Shown one piece after another: positions 1-8,470 of a stretch of 39,180 bases of DNA; positions within the stretch are counted from its first letter, which is position 1; each line of letters begins with the position of its first letter. The translations under genes were made by a program, and so were the position numbers. The stretch comes from Bacteroidales bacterium (GTDB lineage: Bacteria; Bacteroidota; Bacteroidia; Bacteroidales; CAIWKO01), in the NCBI GenBank assembly GCA_035389045.1, contig DAOORA010000039.1:1-39180 (forward strand), written 5' to 3'. Below the pieces are notes generated by a model that did not search any database, was not told the origin of the DNA, and worked only from the letters and a program-made list of their open reading frames with translations.

Positions 1-46
1 ACCAAAATTTGGGCTATTTTTGATCCGAAATTTTTTGCATGCGGAT

Positions 47-277
47 TTAAGGTAATAGATTTTCTTTAAACCTGAATATTTCATCTTTGATGTTATTTGT
101 CTGATGAGACAGGGCAATCATAAAAAGCTTTACTATCGGGTCTTTGCCAATGTTATAGAACTGGCTGTTTTCATTGTCATCGTCATAATATCCGTCTTTC
201 TTCCATAACGAAACAGCGTCTTTCAGCAATTCGTCAGCATCCTGATGCCTGGGTTCTTTATTATCAATGTTTTTCAT
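47..277 (-). pseudogene. tssF: T6SS(iii) baseplate TssF, N-terminal fragment only (stops after 76 aa)
   Basis: LLKDAVSLW...DPIVKLFMIALSHQTNNIKDEI resembles the Bacteroidota TssF N-terminus (ML..AA..W...DP.V.LL..AL). It lies directly after tssE. TssF is normally ~600 aa, but TAA occurs at 47-49 with another in-frame stop shortly after. Confidence 0.65.
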
Positions 278-289
278 TATTAAAATGTT

Positions 290-781
290 TTACCAGACCT
301 GAAATGATATTTCATGTGTATAATCATTTCCTCTTTCATTATTTATTTTTCCTTTTATCAGCAAGGTGATCATTTTTTCTTTTTGGGTATATTTCATGTC
401 AACATAAACATCTTTCAGCCTGCACTCGTATTTTTCAATGATTTTTTTCAGATCATAAGCAAAACTATTTGAGTTTTTACTTGTTTCATTGATCTTTTTA
501 GAATAATCATCATTTCCATTTTTATAAATCTCCTTTTCCCTTTTCCCATTTGTTTTGGCTAACAATTTATCGGGCCTTTTTTTATTCATTATAGTTCCAT
601 TTATTTCATCAAAAATTTCAAATTTGAAATTTTTAAATCCAAAGCCAAAATCACTTTCCGGTTTAAAACTTTTCCCAAACGATGAAACTATTAATTCAAT
701 GAATTCATTAATAGATTGTTTGATATCTTCTTCTGTTTCTATTAAGCCTTTTTTTATTTGAAACGGGATCTTTATATACAT
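290..781 (-). CDS. tssE: T6SS baseplate TssE (gp25-like)
   Basis: YIKIPF...IKQSINEFIELIVSS.G.....DFGF...F.FE and IEKYECRL..V.V match the gp25/TssE pattern; located in the baseplate gene cluster. Confidence 0.8.
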   Translation of the reverse strand: MYIKIPFQIKKGLIETEEDIKQSINEFIELIVSSFGKSFKPESDFGFGFKNFKFEIFDEINGTIMNKKRPDKLLAKTNGKREKEIYKNGNDDYSKKINETSKNSNSFAYDLKKIIEKYECRLKDVYVDMKYTQKEKMITLLIKGKINNERGNDYTHEISFQVW

Positions 782-801
782 ATGATTTTTGCAAATAATC
801 T

Positions 802-1680
802 TTATATAATAATTATGTCCTCATCTTCTTCTGGTTTTGGCGGCTCTATTTCTACAAAGCATAAGACTTCTTTAAATGATTGTAAAAATGAGAAGGCCTG
901 ATCCAGTTTTTTCTTTATATCGTTATGATCATATTCTTGCAGGATAAATATTTCGGCGCTGTCATCCAACCCGGGATGGCATATGATTATGGTTTTAAAA
1001 ATTTTTTTCAGTAATAAAACCATAACAAACGGAGGCTCGTTTTTGGTGTAGTTATTTAATTCAAGAAACAGCAGTGTTAAATTATAGATCAGGTATGGTT
1101 CGTAGGTTTTACTGTTCATCAAAACGATTATTTCGTTTGATATTTTTTTGATTTCTTCCTGTAAATTAATAAGAATTCCGCATGAAGATATGGTAAGACA
1201 GGGCGGAATATAGTCCATGATTTCCCATGAGCCGGAGGCGTTAGTAATTTTCATTATCGGAAATAGATTATATGCCGACTGTTCTGTCCATGCTTTTGCA
1301 GGTTTTATCTCAAAATCATATTCTGTTTGAATATATGGAATTTCATTGGTTTCAAAATGCGAAGGTTGTGTAATTTTAGCAGCTACATAGTATTCTGCTG
1401 TGGGTAAGTTGGGTAACGGGATGCTGTATTTTTTATCAAGCAGTATCAGCAGCCCGCTTTTTAAGATGGCCTCACAAAAGATTTTTTTTATTTCAAGGAC
1501 AGCGTTGATTATAATACAATCGATGTCGAAATTGCTGTCGGGCAGCAGTCCATAAGAGTTTTGAATTATTAATTTTCTGTTTATTCCGTGATGGAAATCG
1601 TGATACATATCCGATTCGGTAAAAGTCTCCGGAGTAATTATCATCCCTTGTTTCCAGTCGATTCGTTTATTCGCGTCCAT
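802..1680 (-). CDS. tssK: T6SS baseplate TssK
   Basis: N-terminal IDWKQGMIITPETF, YGLLP, DYIPPCL and YDHNDI motifs typical of Bacteroidota TssK. Confidence 0.8.
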   Translation of the reverse strand: MDANKRIDWKQGMIITPETFTESDMYHDFHHGINRKLIIQNSYGLLPDSNFDIDCIIINAVLEIKKIFCEAILKSGLLILLDKKYSIPLPNLPTAEYYVAAKITQPSHFETNEIPYIQTEYDFEIKPAKAWTEQSAYNLFPIMKITNASGSWEIMDYIPPCLTISSCGILINLQEEIKKISNEIIVLMNSKTYEPYLIYNLTLLFLELNNYTKNEPPFVMVLLLKKIFKTIIICHPGLDDSAEIFILQEYDHNDIKKKLDQAFSFLQSFKEVLCFVEIEPPKPEEDEDIIII

Positions 1681-1683
1681 AGG

Positions 1684-2523
1684 CTAAAGTTGTGTGTTGT
1701 AATCCAGAATTATTTGTTTTTCATTTAAAACAAATTGTTGAATGGTATCTTTGATTTTATAATTGTAATCTGTTCCGGCCGGCAGAAACCATTCATTGAC
1801 AAAAGCAAAAAATGCCTCATAGGCTGTTGTGAGTTCCTTATATTCTGTTACGGATAATCCTTTGATGTGAACAATAAATTCAATCAATGGCAATGACTCT
1901 GAATTTTGACCGATGAAAATATTTCGTTTTTTTATTTCCACTCTGTTATTCAGCACAGCACTTAGAATTTCAGGAAGCAATAACAGATCGCCGCGCAGCT
2001 GACTGCTGTAAATGAGCAATGGTGCGAGTTTTTTAATATAACTGTTTTCTTCCCGGTTCAGATCATAATCGAAAAAATATTTAAGTATAAAACCTGTCTG
2101 TATGTTTTCTGTTTCATATATTTCTTTTTCGAGCAGTAAACTTGTTTTAAAATACTGTATATCAAAGAATTTAAAAAATGTCAATAAATGTTTTTTTTCA
2201 ACAATCTGCTTTTTTACTTCTTCTTTAATGGCGGATTCATTTGCGATTTCAGCATTACCAATGCTTTTCTTTTTCTTGATCAGCAACCTGTTTTCTAAAA
2301 AGAAAAGAGTTTCCGGCAACAAATGATAAATTCCGTCACGCGATAATTCCACCACAATTGATTCTCTGTCTGACTCATGGCTGATCCTCATGATGTCCTC
2401 AGAATAATTCCTGAAGAAACACCCCTGCGCACGAATCTCGGGATTATCGCCATCATATATGACTGCGATAACTGATTCGGCTTTGATATCTGCTATGGGA
2501 ATATTTTTATCATTATATTTCAC
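1684..2523 (-). CDS. tssG: T6SS baseplate TssG
   Basis: DIKAE, F.RNYSEDI, LSRDGIYHLLPETLF and FFKFFD motifs; GTG start. Confidence 0.85.
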   Translation of the reverse strand: MKYNDKNIPIADIKAESVIAVIYDGDNPEIRAQGCFFRNYSEDIMRISHESDRESIVVELSRDGIYHLLPETLFFLENRLLIKKKKSIGNAEIANESAIKEEVKKQIVEKKHLLTFFKFFDIQYFKTSLLLEKEIYETENIQTGFILKYFFDYDLNREENSYIKKLAPLLIYSSQLRGDLLLLPEILSAVLNNRVEIKKRNIFIGQNSESLPLIEFIVHIKGLSVTEYKELTTAYEAFFAFVNEWFLPAGTDYNYKIKDTIQQFVLNEKQIILDYNTQL

Positions 2524-2634
2524 GGGAACGGTATAAGTATTTTTTATAAAAAAAATTCAAAGAAAATATGCAAATCCGGCCTTATGTTTATTATACGGAG
2601 ACTTATTCGGTTTTTTGTCGTATCACTTTGTTTT

Positions 2635-3855
2635 TTATATGTTTAAAACATGCATTTTTGCGTCGGCATAGAGTTCAACATAAACATAACCATCTTCTGT
2701 AGTTACCTGAATTATATCATTATGAGGTATCCCTATTTCTTTGAGCGTCATTTCTACATAATGAAATTTATTGTCGATGTTTTCTATTTCATTTTGTTCG
2801 ACGTCGCGTTGTAAACAGTTAAATATAGCCGGAACACTTTCAATATAATCAGGGATCTTAGATTCCGGAAGTTTTGGGAAATATCTTTTATTATCTGTAC
2901 GTGTTACGATTTTATCAACAAATTTGTCATTCCTGAGATTGATCACTGCTTTTTTAACGTTTAATTTTTCTTTGATCATTTCTAATGCATCAGCAATCGT
3001 GGTGTCGGCGCTTAATCCGTCAATTCTGACCACAGGTTCCCAGGTTTCGTGGGCAGCGCAGGTATCATCAAATATCTCAGATTTGTATCGTTTTGCATTG
3101 AGAAAAAGTCCATCATAACTGAACCAACTGCCGCATAACGATTCAAAAGCGCCTGTTTCCAGTTCTTCATGATGTATCAGTTTCATGGCTTCCTGTACCT
3201 GGATAGCGCCAATGATTGATGCGATTACAGGCGTTGTGGCAACGCGCCCTTCCTTTTCGTTTCGTCTCGCATAACCTCCGCAGGGGAAGGTGTCGAAAAT
3301 GACTTTTTTGGCGCTTTCGGTAAGTTCACATTCAAAACAGTTCCTTCCGGGTGAAAATACTTTTGCCGTACCCGACAGATCGAATATCCCCCCGTCTATC
3401 CAGGGTTTTCCGGCCCTCATACACATCCTGTTCAACTGAAGCCGGGCAAAATTTCCATCCAGACATCCTATAATTACATCCATCCGGCGATATATAGCCA
3501 GGCCCACATCGGTTGCAAGTCTGCCGATAATATACTGAATATTAATGGTCGGATTGATCTCCTTCAGCCTTTTTGCTGCAACTTCGGCTTTAAATAACCC
3601 CTTATCGGCATCTGATTCACGAAATAATATGGAACGTGTCAGGTTGCTGTATTCAATGGTGTCAAAATCAATAATCATAATATTTCCCACGCCGAACAGT
3701 GCCAGATTTTTGAGTACTTCATTTCCTAATGCACCTGCGCCAACCACCATTACCCTGGCATTTTTAACCTTATCTGATTTAAACCACGAAAGCAAAGGGA
3801 AAACCTCTTTTCCCCACTCTTTTTTTTCCTGTTGATCCAATTCGATGTTTTTCAT
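2635..3855 (-). CDS. Ubiquitin-activating E1-like enzyme (ThiF/UBA family) with catalytic Cys and putative C-terminal ubiquitin-fold domain
   Basis: VVGAGALGNEVLKNLALFG, DFDTIEYSNLTRSILFR and CLDG..AR adenylation motifs; CFEC Zn pair, then candidate active-site FPCGG; later CAAH; C-terminal MTLKEIGIPHNDIIQV resembles the Uba2/Uba3 UFD end. Confidence 0.9.
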   Translation of the reverse strand: MKNIELDQQEKKEWGKEVFPLLSWFKSDKVKNARVMVVGAGALGNEVLKNLALFGVGNIMIIDFDTIEYSNLTRSILFRESDADKGLFKAEVAAKRLKEINPTINIQYIIGRLATDVGLAIYRRMDVIIGCLDGNFARLQLNRMCMRAGKPWIDGGIFDLSGTAKVFSPGRNCFECELTESAKKVIFDTFPCGGYARRNEKEGRVATTPVIASIIGAIQVQEAMKLIHHEELETGAFESLCGSWFSYDGLFLNAKRYKSEIFDDTCAAHETWEPVVRIDGLSADTTIADALEMIKEKLNVKKAVINLRNDKFVDKIVTRTDNKRYFPKLPESKIPDYIESVPAIFNCLQRDVEQNEIENIDNKFHYVEMTLKEIGIPHNDIIQVTTEDGYVYVELYADAKMHVLNI

Positions 3856-3856
3856 A

Positions 3857-5961
3857 TTATTTGGGTTTTGCCAGCATAAAAATTAAGGCGATTTCGAATC
3901 CGGGTGATAAAATCCTGGTTCCTTTTCCGGATAAAATGTTACTCTGATTGATGTGATACGCAGCCCCTGAATAAAGTTCTGTCAATTGTTTGGATATGGT
4001 ATTCAATGAATAATCGCAGCGCGCGCCTAATTTCAGAATATACCGTGCATCTTTGCCTTCTTTTATCTTGCTCAAAGGAAGATAAACACCACCGGCGAGG
4101 TTGCCCCACAAAACGAGCTTGTTCACTTTGTAGTCGGCATCTTCGTAACATGAGGCATCAGACCTGAAATTCAACTCATCAACGTCATGAATTACAACAT
4201 CCCATTCAGGATAATAACCGGAAATATTGTATTTTCCCTCACCTTTGAATTTATTCTGAAGATTTATAGATGCAGTAATGCCAATTTTACAATAAGCGCC
4301 TATCCTGTGAACTCTTGGCTGCCCGATACTCAAAACAATGGGAATATCCAAATAAAGCAAAGAAACATTCTCTTTTACATCTTTATAGGAACAAATGGCA
4401 TTATACCGGTCATTATCAATATCTGTAAGCCCTTCCAGGGTTTCTTCAAAATTCGAAAAAGTGGCTTTGAATTTATAATTTGATATGCCGAGGCCTATAC
4501 CCAGCGAAACAGGTCCCATGGGCTGTTCATAAACAAGGCCGAACTGACTGGATATCGGATGGCTTTTATCCCAAAATCCGCTTTTCATTAAATCACTGAA
4601 AAGGAAGGGTATGCCGGCAGCATATGATACAGATAGAGAGGGAGCAGATTTATAATTGTCTTCGGCCTGGCGTTTTAATTTTTCTTCCAGACGTTTTATT
4701 TCTTTATTAGCCTGATCCAGCGATGCATTCAGTGGTGTTATACTTTCTTTTAGTTTATTAATTTCCAGGTTGTTATTATCTATTTCAGCAGTTAATTGGT
4801 TTTTCTCCGTTTGTAATTTTTCGATTTCTTTATTTAAGGCGTCTGTTTGTACTTTGTTTTCACCCGGTTTGCCTGCTGCTCTCCCTGTAAGTCTTTGATT
4901 TTTTTATTCTTTTCAACAATTTGGTTTTCTAAATCAGCGTTTTTTGTTTCCAATTCGCTTGCTTTCAGTGCTATGCGCTTTTTTTCTGCGTTTGATTTGG
5001 TCAGGGAATCATTCAGAGGTTGAATACTACTTTTTAATTTATTGATTTCTATATTATTGCTTTTTTTCTCAGCTGACAGCTTATCCTTATCCGCTTGCAA
5101 TTGGTCAATTTCTTTATTTAAGGCGTCTATCTGTTCTTTGTTTTCACCTGGTTTCCCTATTGTTCCCTGTAACTCTTTGATTTTTTTATTCTTTTCGATG
5201 ATCTGGTTTTCTAAATCAGCGTTTTTTGCTTCCAATTCGCTTGCTTTCAGTGCAATGCTCTTTTTTTCTGCGTTTGCTTTAGTCAGGGAGTCATTCAGCG
5301 GCTGGATACTTTCTTTTAATTTATTGATTTCTAAATTATTATTTTTTATTTCAGCAGATAGTTTGTCCTTCTCCGTTTGTAATTTTTCAATTTCTTTATT
5401 TAAGGTCTCAATTTGTTTTTTAGTTTCATCCGTTTTGCCGGCTGCTGCCTGCAACTCTTTAATTTTATTATTCTTTTCAATGATCTGATTTTCCAGATTA
5501 GTGCTTTTTGTTTGCAGTTCGTTTGCTTTCAGTGATAATCGGTTTTTCTCCGTGTTGGCCAGGGTTAAAGAATCCTTTAGGTGCAGCAGGCTTGTATTTA
5601 ATTTATTGATTTCAATATTATTTGTTTTCAGGTCGGCAGACAGCTTGTCCTTATCGGTTTTTAAAATTCCGATTTCCCGTTTTAATGAGTCTGTTTGGGC
5701 CTTGTTTACCACGGGGCCGCCCACAGTGCTCTGCAACTCATTTATTTTTTTATTTTTTGCCGCTATCTGGGCTTGTAAATTGCTGTTTTCTTTTTCCAGA
5801 TCGGTTACCGCCTGGTATTCGATAGATTTAATGATATCCGGGTCGCCCTCATAATATACAAGTTTAACGGATTTGCCTTTATACGTGCCGTATACTGTTT
5901 TTTGCGCAGAAGCTTGTAATCCAACGAATATTACAAAAAATATTAATACTATTTTTTTCAT
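3857..5961 (-). pseudogene. Exported coiled-coil repeat protein with C-terminal outer-membrane beta-barrel-like domain, split by a +2 frameshift (ORFs 4834..5961 and 3857..4588)
   Basis: Signal peptide (MKKIVLIFFVIFVGLQASAQ) and 94-aa repeats. In the 4th repeat the minus strand reads CAG GGA GA GCA GCA GGC AAA; removing the extra GA (~4880-4883) gives an unbroken 700-aa frame to 3857. The C-terminal part has alternating beta strands and a YLDIP motif of porin-family/OMP barrels. Confidence 0.8.
4700..5790 (-). repeat. 282-bp (94-aa) intragenic tandem repeat, about 3.7 copies
   Basis: Anchor ctg(c/t)aa (ELQ/DLQ) recurs at 5731, 5449, 5167 and 4885, exactly 282 bp apart. Confidence 0.9.
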
Positions 5962-5979
5962 ATATATCGTTTTAAACCA

Positions 5980-8439
5980 TTATTTGTCTTTTTCGACATA
6001 GGTAAATTTTGTATTTCCGATGATAAAAGAGGTGCCATGTGTAAGATGGATAATGTCCCCAACCTTCAGCGTCCTGCCACTGCCCAAAATTGTTCCCTCA
6101 CTTATCGCCTTGCAATAAGGCCTGTCATTTTCGAGGTACAGTTCCACTTGTTTATCAGCGATCTTACCTTTATCATCCCAATTGATTTGAATAACACAAT
6201 CAATAGATTTTCCGATAGTCACTTTGTTGAATCCGCCCGATACATTCATCCATTTATAAATAGCAATTTCGCGGTCTTTCATAGGCCCTTCCGTATGAAG
6301 GAAATATTTTTGAGAAATAAAATGTACCACGGCAATTGCCACACCCAAACCTGCTGCATACAGCATATAACTGAACAAGCCGATTATTTCCTGAGCAAAA
6401 GTTGAAAGATATAACACGATGAAACTGAACAGCACGGATATGATGCCGCCAATGAGTGCATTTTTAAATTTGATCTCGGTTTTATAAGATACGGATAATG
6501 CCATGGCTGCTGCAAAAAACAACCACGGGATCCAATCCAGCCAGATACAGTTTGAACTTTTGCCTGCGATAATAATTATTACAGAGCTCAGTAAAAAGGC
6601 AATAAAACCCAACAAGCTGCCGATCAGGGAACGTAGCAGTAAAATGCCGATAACTTTAATCGTCTTTTTTCGAAATTCGATGTAATAGCAAAACACAAAC
6701 GTTAAAAAGAAACCCAGTACCAATCCTGTAAGCAAAAACGTAGGTATTTTGAATTGAAACTGCCTTATTATATTGGGATCTACAACTTCATCGGGTAATA
6801 CTTCATGGGCGATGGGATAAAAAACATCTGTCAAAAAAGAAACCAGGCCATTAAACAAAAGGGCTGAATATATGATCTTGAAAAAAATCCAGGATAATAT
6901 TCCTCCGATCATTCCAAACAAGACCCAGGGCAGATAATATGACCCGTTTCTCGGATCGGTCAATTGCTTTTTATTGTAATAATGAATGCCGGTACTGCAG
7001 TTTTTGCTTCCATATTCAGGGCAACGGTTCCGGTTTTCCTCCCAACATTCCCAATGGACAATATGTTTACACTTTGTAACGATCATATCGCCATCTTCAA
7101 ACCTCTTTTTATCGAAATAACATCTTTCGTCAACCAATTCATTGCCGCTTCCATCGCTTACCCCTCTCCGGTAAGGCACCACATACTTTTTTTTGAAGAT
7201 TCTGTACTGGATATAAGGAATAAGGATTTGCATGATCCCATAAACAATAAGAACAAACAATGCTCCGAATAATAATCCAATACCTATCTTTTTCCAAACA
7301 GACTGTGTTGACTGTATCTCACCCTCACAACTTCTATCCGGAACTTTACATGGCGATAACGGGGTGCAATACGTGTATTCTTTTTCCCCGTAAGCTTTTA
7401 AGGTGCCTTTTTCTATCTCTATCAGAAGCGTAGTGCGGTCTCCTCTATAGGTTTTTCCGGCAGGATTAAGCAATACCAGGCGATAATCGGCACTTATATC
7501 ATCAATGGTTTTAAACATTATATTACGTATAGAATCAGATGAAAAAGCCCGGTGGAATTTACCTTTCATTTGATTTTCGGTTCCTGTGTTGCAAATTATT
7601 TCCATTTCATCTGCTATGTCTTCAATCATATCTGATTCCCCGAAGAAAATGCAATGTATGGGTATATTCGGCATTTCTTTATTAAGGATTTTTTCTCTTA
7701 TGATAGAAGTTAATTCAATCTTTTGTTTGAAAAAATCCCCTCCGGCGATAAATTCATCTCCGTTCCTGACTTTACCGTTGGTGAGCACAAACAACATTTT
7801 AGGGGATGCGGTATCTTTTAACTCCTGGTTATATGCTACCTCCGGGTAATACCGGTGTGAATTTTGGCCTGACAATTCATAGATTTTGGCTAATATTGCC
7901 TCATATAAATGCTTTTCAGAACGCGTACGTTCAGCAGCTTTATCTAAAGAATAATTCAATTCCGCAATTGAAAATTCCACAGATGAAGTTACAGAAGCAT
8001 CCATTAATGAAAAATATATTTTATTATTCGGAAGTAATTCTTTTAACTCTTTTATGGCTTCCTTTTGCTTTTTAATTTCTTTTTCATCAATAGAAGCACT
8101 TACATCCATCAAAACGAGGATGGAAATATCTCCGATTACATTTTTATCATTCAGGTATCTCGATTCAATGAAAACAGGGGCGTATGCGCTGTCGAAACCA
8201 GTTTCTCTGATTTTGATATTAGGTTCTTTAATGTCACCGAAAATGATTTTTTTATTACCTTCTGTCATTTTAACATCGCAATAGATCGTGTCGTAAAATT
8301 CCGAATGGTTAATGGCCACGAATTCCACTTTTGAAACAGCATTTGTATTATCCTCAGACGTTATGTCATTTTGCGATGTTTTTTTATTACAAGAAATAAA
8401 AAGTAATAAAGTAAGTATCAAAATCACTGGTTTTTTCAT
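5980..8439 (-). CDS. Membrane lipoprotein: vWA domain - TM - RING-H2-like finger - ~6 TM - FHA-like domain (putative membrane E3 ligase)
   Basis: Likely start MKKPVILILTLLLFISC (lipobox; ORF track starts at 8460). MIDAS DVSAS, LYEAI and VLTNG motifs; TM at IGLLFGALFVLIVYGIM; CYFD-x15-CKHIVHWECWEENRNRCPEYGSKNC (6997-7122); six further hydrophobic helices; C-terminal VTIGKSIDCVIQI...L.HG..FIIGNTKF. Confidence 0.8.
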   Translation of the reverse strand: MKKPVILILTLLLFISCNKKTSQNDITSEDNTNAVSKVEFVAINHSEFYDTIYCDVKMTEGNKKIIFGDIKEPNIKIRETGFDSAYAPVFIESRYLNDKNVIGDISILVLMDVSASIDEKEIKKQKEAIKELKELLPNNKIYFSLMDASVTSSVEFSIAELNYSLDKAAERTRSEKHLYEAILAKIYELSGQNSHRYYPEVAYNQELKDTASPKMLFVLTNGKVRNGDEFIAGGDFFKQKIELTSIIREKILNKEMPNIPIHCIFFGESDMIEDIADEMEIICNTGTENQMKGKFHRAFSSDSIRNIMFKTIDDISADYRLVLLNPAGKTYRGDRTTLLIEIEKGTLKAYGEKEYTYCTPLSPCKVPDRSCEGEIQSTQSVWKKIGIGLLFGALFVLIVYGIMQILIPYIQYRIFKKKYVVPYRRGVSDGSGNELVDERCYFDKKRFEDGDMIVTKCKHIVHWECWEENRNRCPEYGSKNCSTGIHYYNKKQLTDPRNGSYYLPWVLFGMIGGILSWIFFKIIYSALLFNGLVSFLTDVFYPIAHEVLPDEVVDPNIIRQFQFKIPTFLLTGLVLGFFLTFVFCYYIEFRKKTIKVIGILLLRSLIGSLLGFIAFLLSSVIIIIAGKSSNCIWLDWIPWLFFAAAMALSVSYKTEIKFKNALIGGIISVLFSFIVLYLSTFAQEIIGLFSYMLYAAGLGVAIAVVHFISQKYFLHTEGPMKDREIAIYKWMNVSGGFNKVTIGKSIDCVIQINWDDKGKIADKQVELYLENDRPYCKAISEGTILGSGRTLKVGDIIHLTHGTSFIIGNTKFTYVEKDK

Positions 8440-8470
8440 AGTTGGGTGGGTTTTTATCATGTTGGTATTT

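Noticed and set aside
2635..3855. E1 as a MoeB/ThiF cofactor-biosynthesis enzyme
   Set aside because: No rhodanese domain and no thi/moa genes nearby; E2s, RING and JAMM genes are in the same block
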